This document shows positions 1 to 9,684 of a stretch of DNA of 64,000 nucleotides, one piece after another; position 1 is the first letter of the stretch, and every line of letters begins with the position of its first letter. The translations under genes were made by a program, and so were the position numbers. The notes beneath the pieces were generated by a model. It saw only the letters and a program-made list of their open reading frames with translations, was not told where the DNA came from and did no database searches. The DNA comes from Clostridia bacterium DTU022 (lineage in GTDB: Bacteria; Bacillota; Dethiobacteria; DTU022): assembly GCA_001512835.1 (NCBI GenBank), contig LFRQ01000063.1, positions 25,594-89,593 of the forward strand, read 5' to 3'.

Positions 1-443
1 ACTTCCTCATTTTCAAGGTCGGCCTGTTCCTGGTGGGGACCATCGCCGTAATCATCGCCTCCATCGGCATCTACAATACCATGACCATGGCGGTAACGGA
101 GCGCTTCCGGGAGATCGGGATCATGAAGGCGGTTGGCGCCCATCCCCGGGTAATTAAGCGCCTTTTCCTGCTGGAGAGCGGTTATATCGGCGTGGCCGGA
201 GCGCTGACGGGGGTGGCCTTGGCTTACCTGGTGGGCGGCGTCATTAACCTGGGACTTCCCCTTCTCTTTGACTGGGTCTTTGGTGAGACGGTTCCGGCCG
301 GCTTTCGCTTCTCCTTAATACCGGCCGACTTGTCGGCAATCAGCTTTCTCATTTGCACCGTTACGGCCGTGGCATCGGGCTTGCGTCCGGCGGCGAAAGC
401 CACCCAGGTAGACGTCCTGCAGGCGTTGCGCCGCGACCTCTAG
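1..443 (+). CDS. ABC transporter permease, FtsX/MacB-like; C-terminal part only, the 5' end lies outside the window
   Basis: The frame is open from the window start. The translation carries a FtsX-like C-terminal TM bundle (…ERFREIGIMKAVGA…LRPAAKA…). It lies upstream of a two-component pair, as in Bce-type modules. Confidence 0.7.
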   Translation, partial: FLIFKVGLFLVGTIAVIIASIGIYNTMTMAVTERFREIGIMKAVGAHPRVIKRLFLLESGYIGVAGALTGVALAYLVGGVINLGLPLLFDWVFGETVPAGFRFSLIPADLSAISFLICTVTAVASGLRPAAKATQVDVLQALRRDL

Positions 444-718
444 CATGTTATGCTGAAAAAAACTGGTGCGGGCAGCCGGACCCCGGCCTCGGGGGCCGGG
501 ATTGGCTGCAACGACGTGACGGGACGAGAAGGCGAACATGGACAAGACGTAAAGATTGGCCCCGGCGACCATGGCCGGGGCCGGCACCGGGAGACGAGCT
601 AGTTATCAGGGGTTCACAGAGCGGGCCTGACTCTCACGGGTGGAACAGGTCAAGCCGGCCCGGCTCGAAAGGGAGGGCCGGCTCCGCCGCCGGTTGGGCC
701 CAAAGGGGAACATGGATT

Positions 719-1444
719 ATGTCATATCTCACGCCTGACACCGCGGGGAGGCCGCATATTCTGGTGGTGGACGACGACCAGGAGATTGCCGGCCTGGTGG
801 AGATCTACCTCCTCAACGAGGGCTTCCGGGTGACCCGGGCCGCCGACGGCCGGGAAGCGCTGGAGGTGCTGCAGAAGGAGGAGGTGCAGCTGGTTATCCT
901 GGATATCATGATGCCCCGCATCGACGGCCTGGAGGTCTGCCGCCGGCTGCGCCGGGAGCAGAACATCCCCATCATCATGCTCAGCGCCAAGTCCGAGGAG
1001 ATGGACAAAGTCCTGGGCCTGGCCACGGGGGCGGACGACTACGTGACCAAACCCTTTCACCCTTTGGAGCTGGTAGCCCGGGTGAAATCCCAGCTGCGGC
1101 GCTACCTCTACCTGAATGCCCGGCCGGCGGAAAGCCCGGCGGGCAGGGAAGAGATCGGGGTGAAGGGGTTGACCATGAACCAGCTTACTAGGGAGGTAAA
1201 GGTCTACGACCAACCGGTCTCCCTGACCCCCACGGAGTTTGAGATCCTTTACCTGCTGGTCTCCCACCCGCGACGGGTATTCAGTGCCGAGGAGATCTTT
1301 GAGCGGGTCTGGAAGGAAAAAAGCTTCGAATCCCGGAACACGGTCATGGTCCATATCCGGAGAATTCGGGAGAAGCTGAAGCAAGCCGGGGGGGAGCAGT
1401 TCATCAAAACCGTATGGGGAGTAGGGTACAAAGTTGAAGATTAA
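719..1444 (+). CDS. OmpR/PhoB-family response regulator
   Basis: ATG at 719 is preceded by AAAGGGG. The receiver domain has the acidic pocket (VVDDD…LDIMMP) and a winged-helix C-terminus (LTPTEFEILYLL…VWGVGYK). The larger ORF from 353 is GC-rich upstream read-through. Confidence 0.85.
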   Translation: MSYLTPDTAGRPHILVVDDDQEIAGLVEIYLLNEGFRVTRAADGREALEVLQKEEVQLVILDIMMPRIDGLEVCRRLRREQNIPIIMLSAKSEEMDKVLGLATGADDYVTKPFHPLELVARVKSQLRRYLYLNARPAESPAGREEIGVKGLTMNQLTREVKVYDQPVSLTPTEFEILYLLVSHPRRVFSAEEIFERVWKEKSFESRNTVMVHIRRIREKLKQAGGEQFIKTVWGVGYKVED

Positions 1445-2582
1445 ATTTTTCTCCGGCCTCCGCTGGAAGATGATTAAATATTTTCTGCTCAGTATATTCT
1501 ACGCCGCGGCCATAGTGGGAGGCGCGGTCCTGCTGGCGGTGATGCTCTACCCGCTGGATCTTCCGGTTTTGGGGGATCTGCTGCGGTTTGTCGTTGACCT
1601 GCTCTCTGTCTACGAACCCATGGGGTTCTTCGTGGTTATCTTTTTGGCAACGGCAATCCTCTTCCTGCTCTTCTTCTTCCTGATGACCCGGGAAATTATC
1701 AGCGGCTTCGAGCAGATCGGCAACTCTCTGGAGGCCATCGCCGCCGGCAATCTGGAGCACCGGGTGCCGCCCCTGGGGCGGGACGAGCTGGGCCAGCTGG
1801 CGGAAAACGTGAACCGGATGGCGGAGCGCCTGCATCAATCTATTACCCGGGAGCGGCTCGCCAGGCAGGCCAAGGACGAGCTGGTGACCAGTGTCTCCCA
1901 CGATCTGCGTACTCCCCTAACTTCCATCCTGGGCTACCTGGACTTAATTGAGAGCGACCGCTACCGGGACGAGGTGGAGCTGCGCCACTATACCCAGATC
2001 GTCTATAGCAAGGCCCTGCGCCTGCAGAAGATGATCGAGGACCTCTTCGAATACACCCGGCTCTCCAGCGGGGGCATCCAGCTGAACCTGCACCTTCTTG
2101 ACCTGGGAGAGCTCCTGGAGCAGCTGGTGGTGGAGATGCAGCCGCTGCTGGAGCAGGCCGGAGTGGACTGCCGCACCTTCCCCCCCGCGGGGAGGGTCCT
2201 GGTTCGCGGCGACGGGGACCAGCTGGTCCGGGTTTTCGAGAACCTCCTGGCCAACGCCGCCCGCTACGGGCGGGAGGGGAAGTATATGGACCTGGCCTGG
2301 CGGGAGGAGGGGGACCGGGCGGTGGTGGAGGTAATCAATTACGGGCCGCCCATACCCGCCGGGGAACTGCCCCATATTTTTGAGCGCTTTTACCGGGTGG
2401 AGAAGTCCAGGGCCGAGTTTTCCGGAGGCACAGGCCTGGGCCTGGCCATCGCCAAGAATATCGTCGAACTGCACGGCGGCCGGATTGCCGCTTTCAGCGA
2501 TCCCCGCCGCACCCTATTTGAGGTCCGCCTACCCCTTCACGAGGATAAGGAAGCCATCCGCTGGTCCGGCCCTCCCGTTTAA
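1434..2582 (+). CDS. sensor histidine kinase (2 TM, HAMP, HisKA, HATPase_c)
   Basis: The TTG start overlaps the RR stop by 11 nt. It has an H-box (SHDLRTPLTSILGY) and N/G boxes (NLLANAARYG, GTGLGLAIAK). The extracellular loop is short, consistent with an intramembrane-sensing kinase. Confidence 0.85.
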   Translation: MKIKFFSGLRWKMIKYFLLSIFYAAAIVGGAVLLAVMLYPLDLPVLGDLLRFVVDLLSVYEPMGFFVVIFLATAILFLLFFFLMTREIISGFEQIGNSLEAIAAGNLEHRVPPLGRDELGQLAENVNRMAERLHQSITRERLARQAKDELVTSVSHDLRTPLTSILGYLDLIESDRYRDEVELRHYTQIVYSKALRLQKMIEDLFEYTRLSSGGIQLNLHLLDLGELLEQLVVEMQPLLEQAGVDCRTFPPAGRVLVRGDGDQLVRVFENLLANAARYGREGKYMDLAWREEGDRAVVEVINYGPPIPAGELPHIFERFYRVEKSRAEFSGGTGLGLAIAKNIVELHGGRIAAFSDPRRTLFEVRLPLHEDKEAIRWSGPPV

Positions 2583-2592
2583 ACAAAGGGGA

Positions 2593-3783
2593 TTAACGGG
2601 GGGTCTCTGCCGGCAGCCCTTGCGGCACGTAGCGCAAGTGTTCCCGCATCTCTTCCTGCAGCTGCTGCAGCTGCAGCAGATTCCCGGGGGTCAGGTAGGG
2701 GTCCTCCTCCAGCCGGCGCCAGTAGGACTCCTCCGGCAGCAGAGGCAGCACCCGGAAGTCCCGCCGTCCGTCGCGGTAGAAGCGATGAATCCAGGTGGGA
2801 ACATAGCTAACCTCCACGATCTCCACTTTCCGGGAGGGTTCTTCCATCCTCACCCGCACGAAAAGGAGAATTCCGCTGTCCGTGTACGGCTGGATCTGGT
2901 CGCCGGTGACATTTCCCAGGGCGTAGGCGACCACCCCTTCCTTAAGCTCTCTCCGGTAAGGAAACTTGATAAATTCGATGGGCTGGACCACGTGGGGATG
3001 GTTTCCCACGATGATGTCGGCCCCCTCCCGGAAGAGGAGGGAGGCCAGTTTCTGCTGTTCCGGGGAAGGCTCCCGGTGGTACTCCAGGCCCCAGTGAATA
3101 TAGAGGACTACAAGATCCGCCCGCCGGCGAACCCGGTGGATATCGGCGATGATCAGTTCAGGGTCCAGCATATTGACCAGGTATTCCTTGTTTTCCGGCA
3201 GGGGAATTCCGTTGGTGTCGTAGGTATAGGCCAGGAAGGCAATTTTGATCCCCTTTGTCTCCACGAGGAGGGGCTTCTCCCGGGCTTCCCGGGAGGAGTA
3301 GGTCCCAAAGGACTTCAGCCCGGCGGCTTCCAGGTGTTCCAGGGTCTTGAGCACCCCCGTTTCGCCCCGGTCCAGGGAATGATTGTTGGCGGTGCAAACC
3401 AGGTCGAAGCCGGCCTCTTTAAGGGCCCGGGCCAGGCTTTCGGGAGTATTAAAGGCCGGGTAGCCGGTATAGCCCAGCTCTTCACCGGCCAGAACGGTTT
3501 CCAGGTTGATCACGGCCAGGTCCGCCCTGGCGGTGATCTCTTTTAAAGGTTCGAAGCAGGAGTAGAAACTGTAACTGCCGTCTTCGGGCCGGTAGGCTGC
3601 TTCGATCTGGCTATCGTGGACCATCACGTCGCCGGCAAAGACCAGGGTGGCCAGGCTTTCTTTTTTTTCCCTCTCTCCGGCTCCCAGCATCCCGGAGGGA
3701 TGGGTACGGGCCAGGTACAGGGCCAAGACCAGGAATGTTAGGAAGAGACTCAGCAGAAGCTCCCGGCTTAAATAGCGCTTCAC
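2593..3783 (-). CDS. CapA/PGA-synthesis family metallophosphatase
   Basis: It has an N-terminal signal/TM, then metallophosphoesterase motifs (GDVM.HD, NLET, GNHPH). It is convergent with the kinase gene. Confidence 0.75.
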   Translation of the reverse strand: MKRYLSRELLLSLFLTFLVLALYLARTHPSGMLGAGEREKKESLATLVFAGDVMVHDSQIEAAYRPEDGSYSFYSCFEPLKEITARADLAVINLETVLAGEELGYTGYPAFNTPESLARALKEAGFDLVCTANNHSLDRGETGVLKTLEHLEAAGLKSFGTYSSREAREKPLLVETKGIKIAFLAYTYDTNGIPLPENKEYLVNMLDPELIIADIHRVRRRADLVVLYIHWGLEYHREPSPEQQKLASLLFREGADIIVGNHPHVVQPIEFIKFPYRRELKEGVVAYALGNVTGDQIQPYTDSGILLFVRVRMEEPSRKVEIVEVSYVPTWIHRFYRDGRRDFRVLPLLPEESYWRRLEEDPYLTPGNLLQLQQLQEEMREHLRYVPQGLPAETPR

Positions 3784-3853
3784 CCTTCTCTTTCCCTCCC
3801 GTCAGTTGTCCTATTTATAGATATGGTTGAGCTTGTCATTTTATTATTTATTA

Positions 3854-3881
3854 TTGACATATACCCATAATGAGCTATAAT
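3854..3881 (+). promoter_or_regulatory. near-consensus sigma-70 promoter (TTGACA-16-TATAAT) facing nrdJ, about 700 nt upstream of its start
   Basis: TTGACA is at 3854-3859 and TATAAT at 3876-3881. It sits in the AT-rich intergenic region between capA (minus) and nrdJ. Confidence 0.4.
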
Positions 3882-3906
3882 AGTTATAGGTATATACCCA
3901 TAATGA
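3861..3906. repeat. direct repeat ATACCCATAATGA x2 with 33 bp spacing, overlapping the promoter above
   Basis: Identical 13-mers lie at 3861-3873 and 3894-3906. The spacing of three helical turns suggests tandem operator sites. Confidence 0.5.
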
Positions 3907-4592
3907 AGTTGTCTTCCGATCTGGAGAGGATACCCGGTTAAGAAACGAGGGTGTGGGCCTGGGTTAATGCGCAGCCAGTGCGGGAAAAGAACGGATTATT
4001 GAGCTGAGGTGGCGGGTAACCGCCGGAAGGAACAAAACCCGGGCTGGATAGCGGTTTTCCGAAATGTTAAAGTAGGCGATTCCGTTGAAGTCCTGGAAAG
4101 CCGGCCTTAGCTTTGGCCCGGTGGCCTGCAAGTGAGGCCGATTATTATTGTTTTAAGAAGGAATTCTGATCTGATCATCGCCAAGGGTCAGGGGAATTTC
4201 GAATCCCTGGAGCAGGAACCGGGCAATATTTTTTTCCTGCTCCGGGCCAAGTGCCCGGTGGTAGCTGGGTTTCTCGGGGTCCGGTTGGGCGATTGTGTTC
4301 TTAAAAGCCAACAGAATTGGTGATGGGTTTTACTGTATACTACTGTTCATTGCCTGAGGTTTTCGTGGGCCAAGGTTGCCTGGGGAACGGTGACTTTGGC
4401 TCATTTTGGTGAGTGACATTAATCAATGGGAGGGTGTAACTTTGGTCATTAGGAAAAATATTTTTTGCCGAAGGAATTATAAAGAATAATAAACTAAAGT
4501 TCGGATTTGCTTGTAGGATTTGCATGTATGAAGGGCGAATTACTATAACATTGGGGAAAGCTGCCATATACTGTCAGTAAGGAGGCCTCGAC

Positions 4593-6806
4593 GTGGAGTT
4601 AAGCGAGAATGCCCGGATCACTTATGAAAAGCGCTACTTGATCAAAGACCAGCATGGCCACCCAGTGGAAACACCGGAAGACTTGCTCCGACGGGTGGCC
4701 AAAAATATTGCTGCCGTAGAAAAAGATTACAAAAAGGATCAGCAGCAAATTGAACAGATCGAAGAAGAATTCTTCCAGGTCATGGCCGACGCCTTGTTTA
4801 TGCCCAATTCTCCAACCCTGATGAATGCGGGAAGGGAGCTGCAGCAGTTAAGTGCCTGTTTTGTCCTGCCTATCGAAGACAGCATGGAGGGCATCTTTAC
4901 TTCCCTGAAGCAGATGGCCCTGGTGCAGAAAACAGGTGGGGGGACAGGCTTCGCCTTTGACCGGCTTCGACCCAGCGGGGATTTTGTCTGCTCTACCAAC
5001 GGGGTGGCCAGCGGGCCGATCTCGTTTCTAAAAATATTTGATGCGGCAACGGAAGCCGTAAAACAGGGCGGAACCCGGCGGGGCGCCAACATGGGCTCCT
5101 TGATTTACAACCATCCCAATATCCTGGATTTTATTTGCTGCAAGGAGAACGAGGACGAGATTACCAATTTTAATTTGTCGGTAACGGTATCCGATGAATT
5201 TATGCGCAAAGCCACGGGCGAAGATCCCGATCCCATGTATCCCCTGATTAATCCCCGCAACGGCCAGCCCCATGTTGATCCGGAGACGGGCCAGACAGTT
5301 AGTCTGAATGCCGTGGAGGTCTTCAACTTAATCGTCGATAAGGCCTGGAGCAAAGGTGATCCGGGAGTTATTTTCATCGATCAGATGAATCGCTTTAACC
5401 CCACTCCCCACCTGGGCAAGTATGAGACCACCAATCCCTGCGGAGAGCAGCCGCTCCTGCCTTATGAAGCCTGCTGCCTGGGTTCCATCAACCTGGGCAA
5501 ATTTGTAACCCCGGAGCGGCAAATCAATTGGGATGAGCTGCGCCGGGTGATAAAGATCGCCGTTCGCTTCCTGGACAATGTCATCGATGCCAGCAACTAC
5601 GTCATCGAGGAGATTGCCCAGATGCACAAGCACGGGAACCGGAAGATCGGGCTGGGGGTCATGGGCTGGCACGACATGCTGGTCAAGCTGGGGATCCCTT
5701 ACGATTCCGAAGAGGCCCTGGAGACGGCGGATCAGGTGATGAGCTTTATCAATGCAGAGGCCAAAAAGGTGTCGGTGGCGCTGGCGAAGGAGCGGGGTGT
5801 CTTCCCCAATTTTAAGGGCAGCATCTATGATACCGGCCGGAAGGAGGACCGGGTTCGCAATGCCACCCGCACCACCATTGCCCCCACGGGGACCATCTCC
5901 ATCCTGGCGGGGGCCAGCAGCGGTATTGAGCCCTACTTCAGCATTGCTTTCACTCGCAAAAATATCCTGGGGGGGCTGGACCTGCCCGAAGTCAACCCTC
6001 TCTTCCTGGAGATGGCGAAAGCAGGCGGCTTCTACAGCGAGGAACTGATGAAGCTTATCGCCCGGAACGGGACCATTCCCCCTGACGCCCCGGTTCCTGA
6101 AGAGGTCAGGCGCCTCTTTAAAACGGCCATGGAGATCGACGTGAGCTGGCATGTCCGGCACCAGGCGGCCTTCCAGAAGCATACCGACAATGCCGTCAGC
6201 AAGACGATAAACCTGCGCCGGGACGCTAGCCAGGAGGATGTTAAAAACGCTTATATCATGGCCTGGAAGCTGGGGTGCAAGGGGATTACCATCTACCGGG
6301 ACGGCTCTCGAGAGAAGCAGGTTTTAAACGCCGGGGCCGCCGACCAGGAGAAGCTGAAGCCGTCCAAGCGGCCGAAAACCCTGAAGGGCAGCACTACCTG
6401 CCTGCCCACTTCCCTGGGCAATCTTTTTGTAACGTTAAACACGGTAGACGGCAAGCCTTTCGAGCTGTTTGCCCAGATTGGAAAAGCGGGAAGCGATGTA
6501 GTCGCCTTTACGGAGGCTATTGCCCGCCTGATTTCCCTGGCCTTGCGCTGCGGGGTGGCCGTCGAAGAGATTGTGGCCCAGCTGGAAGGGATCGGCGGAG
6601 CCCGCTCCGTGGGCTTCGGCCCCAACCGGATTATGAGCGTTCCCGATGCCATCGGGAGAGCCATCCGGGAGCTGGCCAGCATTAGCTGGAACGGGAACGG
6701 AAACCACAACCACTGCCGGGAGCTATGCCCCGACTGTGGAACGGGCGCCCTGATTCGAGTGGAAGGCTGCGCCAAGTGCGAAGCGTGCGGCTACAGCGAG
6801 TGCTGA
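4593..6806 (+). CDS. nrdJ: class II adenosylcobalamin-dependent ribonucleotide reductase
   Basis: 737 aa. A GTG start follows AAGGAGG. Class II RNR signatures are present (NPCGEQPLLPYEACCLGSINL; C-terminal CxxC…CxxC tail). Confidence 0.9.
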   Translation: MELSENARITYEKRYLIKDQHGHPVETPEDLLRRVAKNIAAVEKDYKKDQQQIEQIEEEFFQVMADALFMPNSPTLMNAGRELQQLSACFVLPIEDSMEGIFTSLKQMALVQKTGGGTGFAFDRLRPSGDFVCSTNGVASGPISFLKIFDAATEAVKQGGTRRGANMGSLIYNHPNILDFICCKENEDEITNFNLSVTVSDEFMRKATGEDPDPMYPLINPRNGQPHVDPETGQTVSLNAVEVFNLIVDKAWSKGDPGVIFIDQMNRFNPTPHLGKYETTNPCGEQPLLPYEACCLGSINLGKFVTPERQINWDELRRVIKIAVRFLDNVIDASNYVIEEIAQMHKHGNRKIGLGVMGWHDMLVKLGIPYDSEEALETADQVMSFINAEAKKVSVALAKERGVFPNFKGSIYDTGRKEDRVRNATRTTIAPTGTISILAGASSGIEPYFSIAFTRKNILGGLDLPEVNPLFLEMAKAGGFYSEELMKLIARNGTIPPDAPVPEEVRRLFKTAMEIDVSWHVRHQAAFQKHTDNAVSKTINLRRDASQEDVKNAYIMAWKLGCKGITIYRDGSREKQVLNAGAADQEKLKPSKRPKTLKGSTTCLPTSLGNLFVTLNTVDGKPFELFAQIGKAGSDVVAFTEAIARLISLALRCGVAVEEIVAQLEGIGGARSVGFGPNRIMSVPDAIGRAIRELASISWNGNGNHNHCRELCPDCGTGALIRVEGCAKCEACGYSEC

Positions 6807-7199
6807 TGCGAGCCGGGTAAAAAAAGATCTACATATTCCTGTTTGACGGGGCCGGCAGCGCCGCCTAGACCGGACCGAGTTCGCGGCGGGTGTCCTTTCC
6901 GGCCCTTTATTATTTTGAATGGACGGGCATGGCCGGAAGCATCCTCTAGTGGTTCGAGGCGCAATATCCGGCCCTTTAGTCCTTTTTTTCTTGCAGAACA
7001 ATCGTGACGTGGCGACGGTTGTGCCGGAAACTTTTTGCAGAAGGGCAGGGCGGCTGCTCCGTCAGAGCAGCAGAAATTAGCCCCTGTCCTGGCGGCGTCT
7101 TCTCCCCTTTACATAAAAACATGCCGGCAGTTTAACGCCCAGTTCCCCAGGCACCCTTAAACCAACGAAAAATAAGTATAGCAAAGGCCAAACCATATG

Positions 7200-7258
7200 T
7201 TGACAGGGGTAAAAAAGTGGAGTAAAATTATCCTTGGAACAAGTTAGGCAAACCTAAC
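7200..7258 (+). promoter_or_regulatory. feoAB promoter (TTGACA-17-TAAAAT) followed by the 16-bp palindrome GTTAGGcaaaCCTAAC
   Basis: The -35 box is at 7200-7205 and the -10 box at 7223-7228. The palindrome lies at 7243-7258, about 15 bp after the -10 (≈+5 to +20). Its half-sites TTAGG/CCTAA resemble the DtxR/IdeR box core. Confidence 0.5.
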
Positions 7259-7276
7259 ACCTATTATTGTTCCGAG

Positions 7277-7543
7277 GTGAGGCGGATGACAGTATCGCTG
7301 GTGGAGATGAAAGAAGGCCAATCTGGGACGATAGTCCATATCCAGGGAGGTAGAGGCATTGCCGGAAAGCTTTACTCCCTGGGTCTCCGCCCCGGAAAGA
7401 AGGTTACCAAGGTGAGCGGGCTGTTCCATGGCGGCCCGGTAGTGGTCAAGGTTGACGGCTTTCAGTTGGCCATCGGCTACGGCAAAGCTTTGCAAATATT
7501 TGTTCAGGTGAATGGCAATGGGCAGGTGAATGCCAATGAGTAA
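7277..7543 (+). CDS. feoA: ferrous iron transport protein A (FeoA, SH3-like)
   Basis: It is a small protein with a FeoA-type motif (GQSGTIVHIQGG…KLYSLGLRPGKKV). The start is GTG 7277 or ATG 7286, after AGGTGA. Confidence 0.85.
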   Translation: MRRMTVSLVEMKEGQSGTIVHIQGGRGIAGKLYSLGLRPGKKVTKVSGLFHGGPVVVKVDGFQLAIGYGKALQIFVQVNGNGQVNANE

Positions 7544-9395
7544 GAACATAGTTATGGTTGGAAATCCCAACGTAGGCAAAAGCGTTATCTTTTCCCAGCT
7601 GACTGGGGCCCGGGTCATGATCTCCAATTACACCGGGACCACCGTCGAATATACCCAGGGTCAGCTGCATACGGGCGGGGAGACGTACCAGGTGATCGAT
7701 GCTCCGGGAACCTACAGCCTGGAACCCACCTGCCCGGCGGAAGAGGTTACGGCAAAGCTGGTGGAGAAGGCCCACCTGATTATTAACGTGGTGGACGCCA
7801 CCAACCTGGAGCGCAATCTCCTGCTGACCCGGCAGCTTCTGGAGCGCAACGTCCCCATGCTAGTGGCCCTGAATATGATCGATGATGCCCGGCGCAAGGG
7901 GATCCGCATCGATATCCCCCGCTTGGAAGAGCTCCTGGGCGTTCCCGTTGTTCCTACCGTGGCCATCAGCGGGGAAGGGATTAAAGAGCTGGTAGGCGCC
8001 TTGTCCCGCGCTCGCGCCGGCGGGGTGGAGCCTCTGACCACCGACGAACGGTGGGCCGAGGTAGGCCGCCTGGTGGAGGCGGTCCAGCAGGTAACCCACC
8101 GCCATCATACCTGGCTGGAGAGCCTGGAACTGGCCAGCTTAAAGCCCCTGACCGGGGTTCCCCTGGCTTTGCTGGTCATGTACCTTACCTTTAGAATAGT
8201 CATCGGCGTGGGCGAATACCTGGTGGGCTTTATGGAGGATGTTGTCTTTGCCCGGTTTTACGAGCCCTTGCTGGGGCAGCTGTCCCAGCTCCTGGGCGGC
8301 GGAGGCTTCTGGCACGAGATCTTAATCGGCCGGCTGGTGGGAGGGGAAATAAGCCTGGAAGAGTCCATGGGCCTGCTGAGCACGGGTATCTACGTGGCTT
8401 TCGGAGTCGTTCTGCCCTACCTGTTGATCTTTTACGTGGTCCTGGGCTTTCTGGAGGACTGCGGCTACCTGCCCCGGCTGGCGGTAATGGTTGACCGGAT
8501 CCTGCACCGGATCGGCCTGCACGGCTACGCCATTATTCCCACGGTGCTGGGCTTCGGCTGCAATGTCCCGGCGGTTTTGGCGGCCCGCAACCTGGAAAGC
8601 AGGCGGGAGCGCTTTATCGCTTTAACCCTTACGGCGGTGGCAGTGCCCTGCATCTCCCAGAACGCCATGATTTTTGGCCTGGTGGGACGCTATGGCGGAG
8701 CCTACTTAAGCGTGGTCTACGCCACCCTGTTCTTTATCTGGGTAGTGCTGGGGCTGATCCTGGACCGCAGTCTCAGCGGCTACACCCCCTCCATGGTGGT
8801 GGAGATCCCTCCTTACCGCCTGCCCCAATTCAAAGCCCAGGCCAAAAAGCTGGGGATGCGCATCAGCCACCTCGTCGTTCACGCCACGCCCTATATCTTT
8901 GGAGGCATCGTCTTTATAAACATCCTGTATATCAGCGGGGTTATCGATTACCTGGGGGGGATATTAAGCCCCCTGATGAGCACCCTCTACGGCCTTCCCG
9001 GGGAGTCGGTTACCACCTTCCTGGTCGGTTTTTTGCGCAAGGACGTGGCCGTGGCCATGCTGGTGCCGCTGGGCCTTACGGCGAAACAGTTCGTTATTGG
9101 CGCCACCGTCCTGGCCGCATACTTTCCCTGTGCGGCTACTTTTACCATCCTGATCCGGGAACTGGGGTTCAAAGACATGGCTGCCGCCGCGGCGATCATG
9201 ATCGTGACGGCGGGGGCGGCGGGGACCTTTTTGAACCTGGTGCTGGATACGATTCTGCCCCCCGCTTACCTGAGCCTGGCCCTGGTGGGGCTGGGAATTC
9301 TCCTGATTATTTTTGCCGGCGGAACCTCGGACCGGAGGGAGCTGTCCAAGCTAAAGAGCGCCGCCAAAAGCGAACACGCTTTCCAGAACCGTTAA
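7530..9395 (+). CDS. feoB: ferrous iron transporter B (FeoB), GTPase plus polytopic membrane domain
   Basis: G1 box GNPNVGKS and G3 DAPG are present, followed by a nucleoside-recognition-like membrane domain. It overlaps feoA by 14 nt. Confidence 0.9.
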   Translation: MPMSKNIVMVGNPNVGKSVIFSQLTGARVMISNYTGTTVEYTQGQLHTGGETYQVIDAPGTYSLEPTCPAEEVTAKLVEKAHLIINVVDATNLERNLLLTRQLLERNVPMLVALNMIDDARRKGIRIDIPRLEELLGVPVVPTVAISGEGIKELVGALSRARAGGVEPLTTDERWAEVGRLVEAVQQVTHRHHTWLESLELASLKPLTGVPLALLVMYLTFRIVIGVGEYLVGFMEDVVFARFYEPLLGQLSQLLGGGGFWHEILIGRLVGGEISLEESMGLLSTGIYVAFGVVLPYLLIFYVVLGFLEDCGYLPRLAVMVDRILHRIGLHGYAIIPTVLGFGCNVPAVLAARNLESRRERFIALTLTAVAVPCISQNAMIFGLVGRYGGAYLSVVYATLFFIWVVLGLILDRSLSGYTPSMVVEIPPYRLPQFKAQAKKLGMRISHLVVHATPYIFGGIVFINILYISGVIDYLGGILSPLMSTLYGLPGESVTTFLVGFLRKDVAVAMLVPLGLTAKQFVIGATVLAAYFPCAATFTILIRELGFKDMAAAAAIMIVTAGAAGTFLNLVLDTILPPAYLSLALVGLGILLIIFAGGTSDRRELSKLKSAAKSEHAFQNR

Positions 9396-9427
9396 GCGCT
9401 CTTGGCCCCGGAAAAGCCTTGCTTTTG

Positions 9428-9476
9428 GCGGGCCGCCTCGAAAAGGCAAAGGGAGGCGGCCCGCTTTCCTTTTTTA
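9428..9476 (+). terminator. rho-independent terminator after feoB
   Basis: The stem GCGGGCCGCCTC / GAGGCGGCCCGC is followed by TTTCCTTTTTT. Confidence 0.6.
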
Positions 9477-9684
9477 TGCCGCAAAGACGGGGGCCGCTTG
9501 TTTTATATACGTAAAAAAAATACCCAAAAAACCCTTTTCCCACCAATTTGCTTCCCCACAAAAGTGCTTTTTTTTATTTCCAAAGAAAAGCTCCTTTTTT
9601 TACTCCCACAAATTTTATATGGTAATATTATAGAGATAGTATTTAGATAGCGTTGGTTACCTTTTAGGGAAGGAGCGGGCCGGA

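Noticed and set aside
2380-3546. Long antisense ORFs opposite real genes (2380-3546+, 5328-6182-, 9664-10614-, 17833-18780-, 24694-25464-, 57680-59272-, 16021-16890-)
   Set aside because: These are Arg/Pro/Ala/Gly-rich with no motifs, which is typical of open antisense frames in 60%-GC DNA. In every case the opposite strand has a product with clear family signatures.
3861-3906. NrdR boxes for the ATACCCATAATGA direct repeats
   Set aside because: NrdR boxes are 16-bp palindromes (acaCwAtATaTwGtgt-like). These units are direct and non-palindromic, and lie about 700 nt from nrdJ.
3890-4130. Possible cobalamin riboswitch upstream of nrdJ (GCCAGTG…GGGAAAAG, and GTCCTGGAAAGCCGGCC resembling a B12 box)
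   Set aside because: The matches to the Rfam-type consensus are partial, spacing between conserved blocks is wrong, the GGTGnnAAnCC core is absent, and the element would sit more than 450 nt from the nrdJ start. B12 riboswitches normally control B12-independent RNRs, not nrdJ.
4132-4323. 63-aa ORF (and the reverse-strand peptide …FEIPLTLGDDQIRIPS) as a small gene or gene remnant
   Set aside because: There is no RBS, no recognisable domain, and the reverse-strand reading lacks an in-frame start. I kept it only as part of the unexplained nrdJ upstream region.
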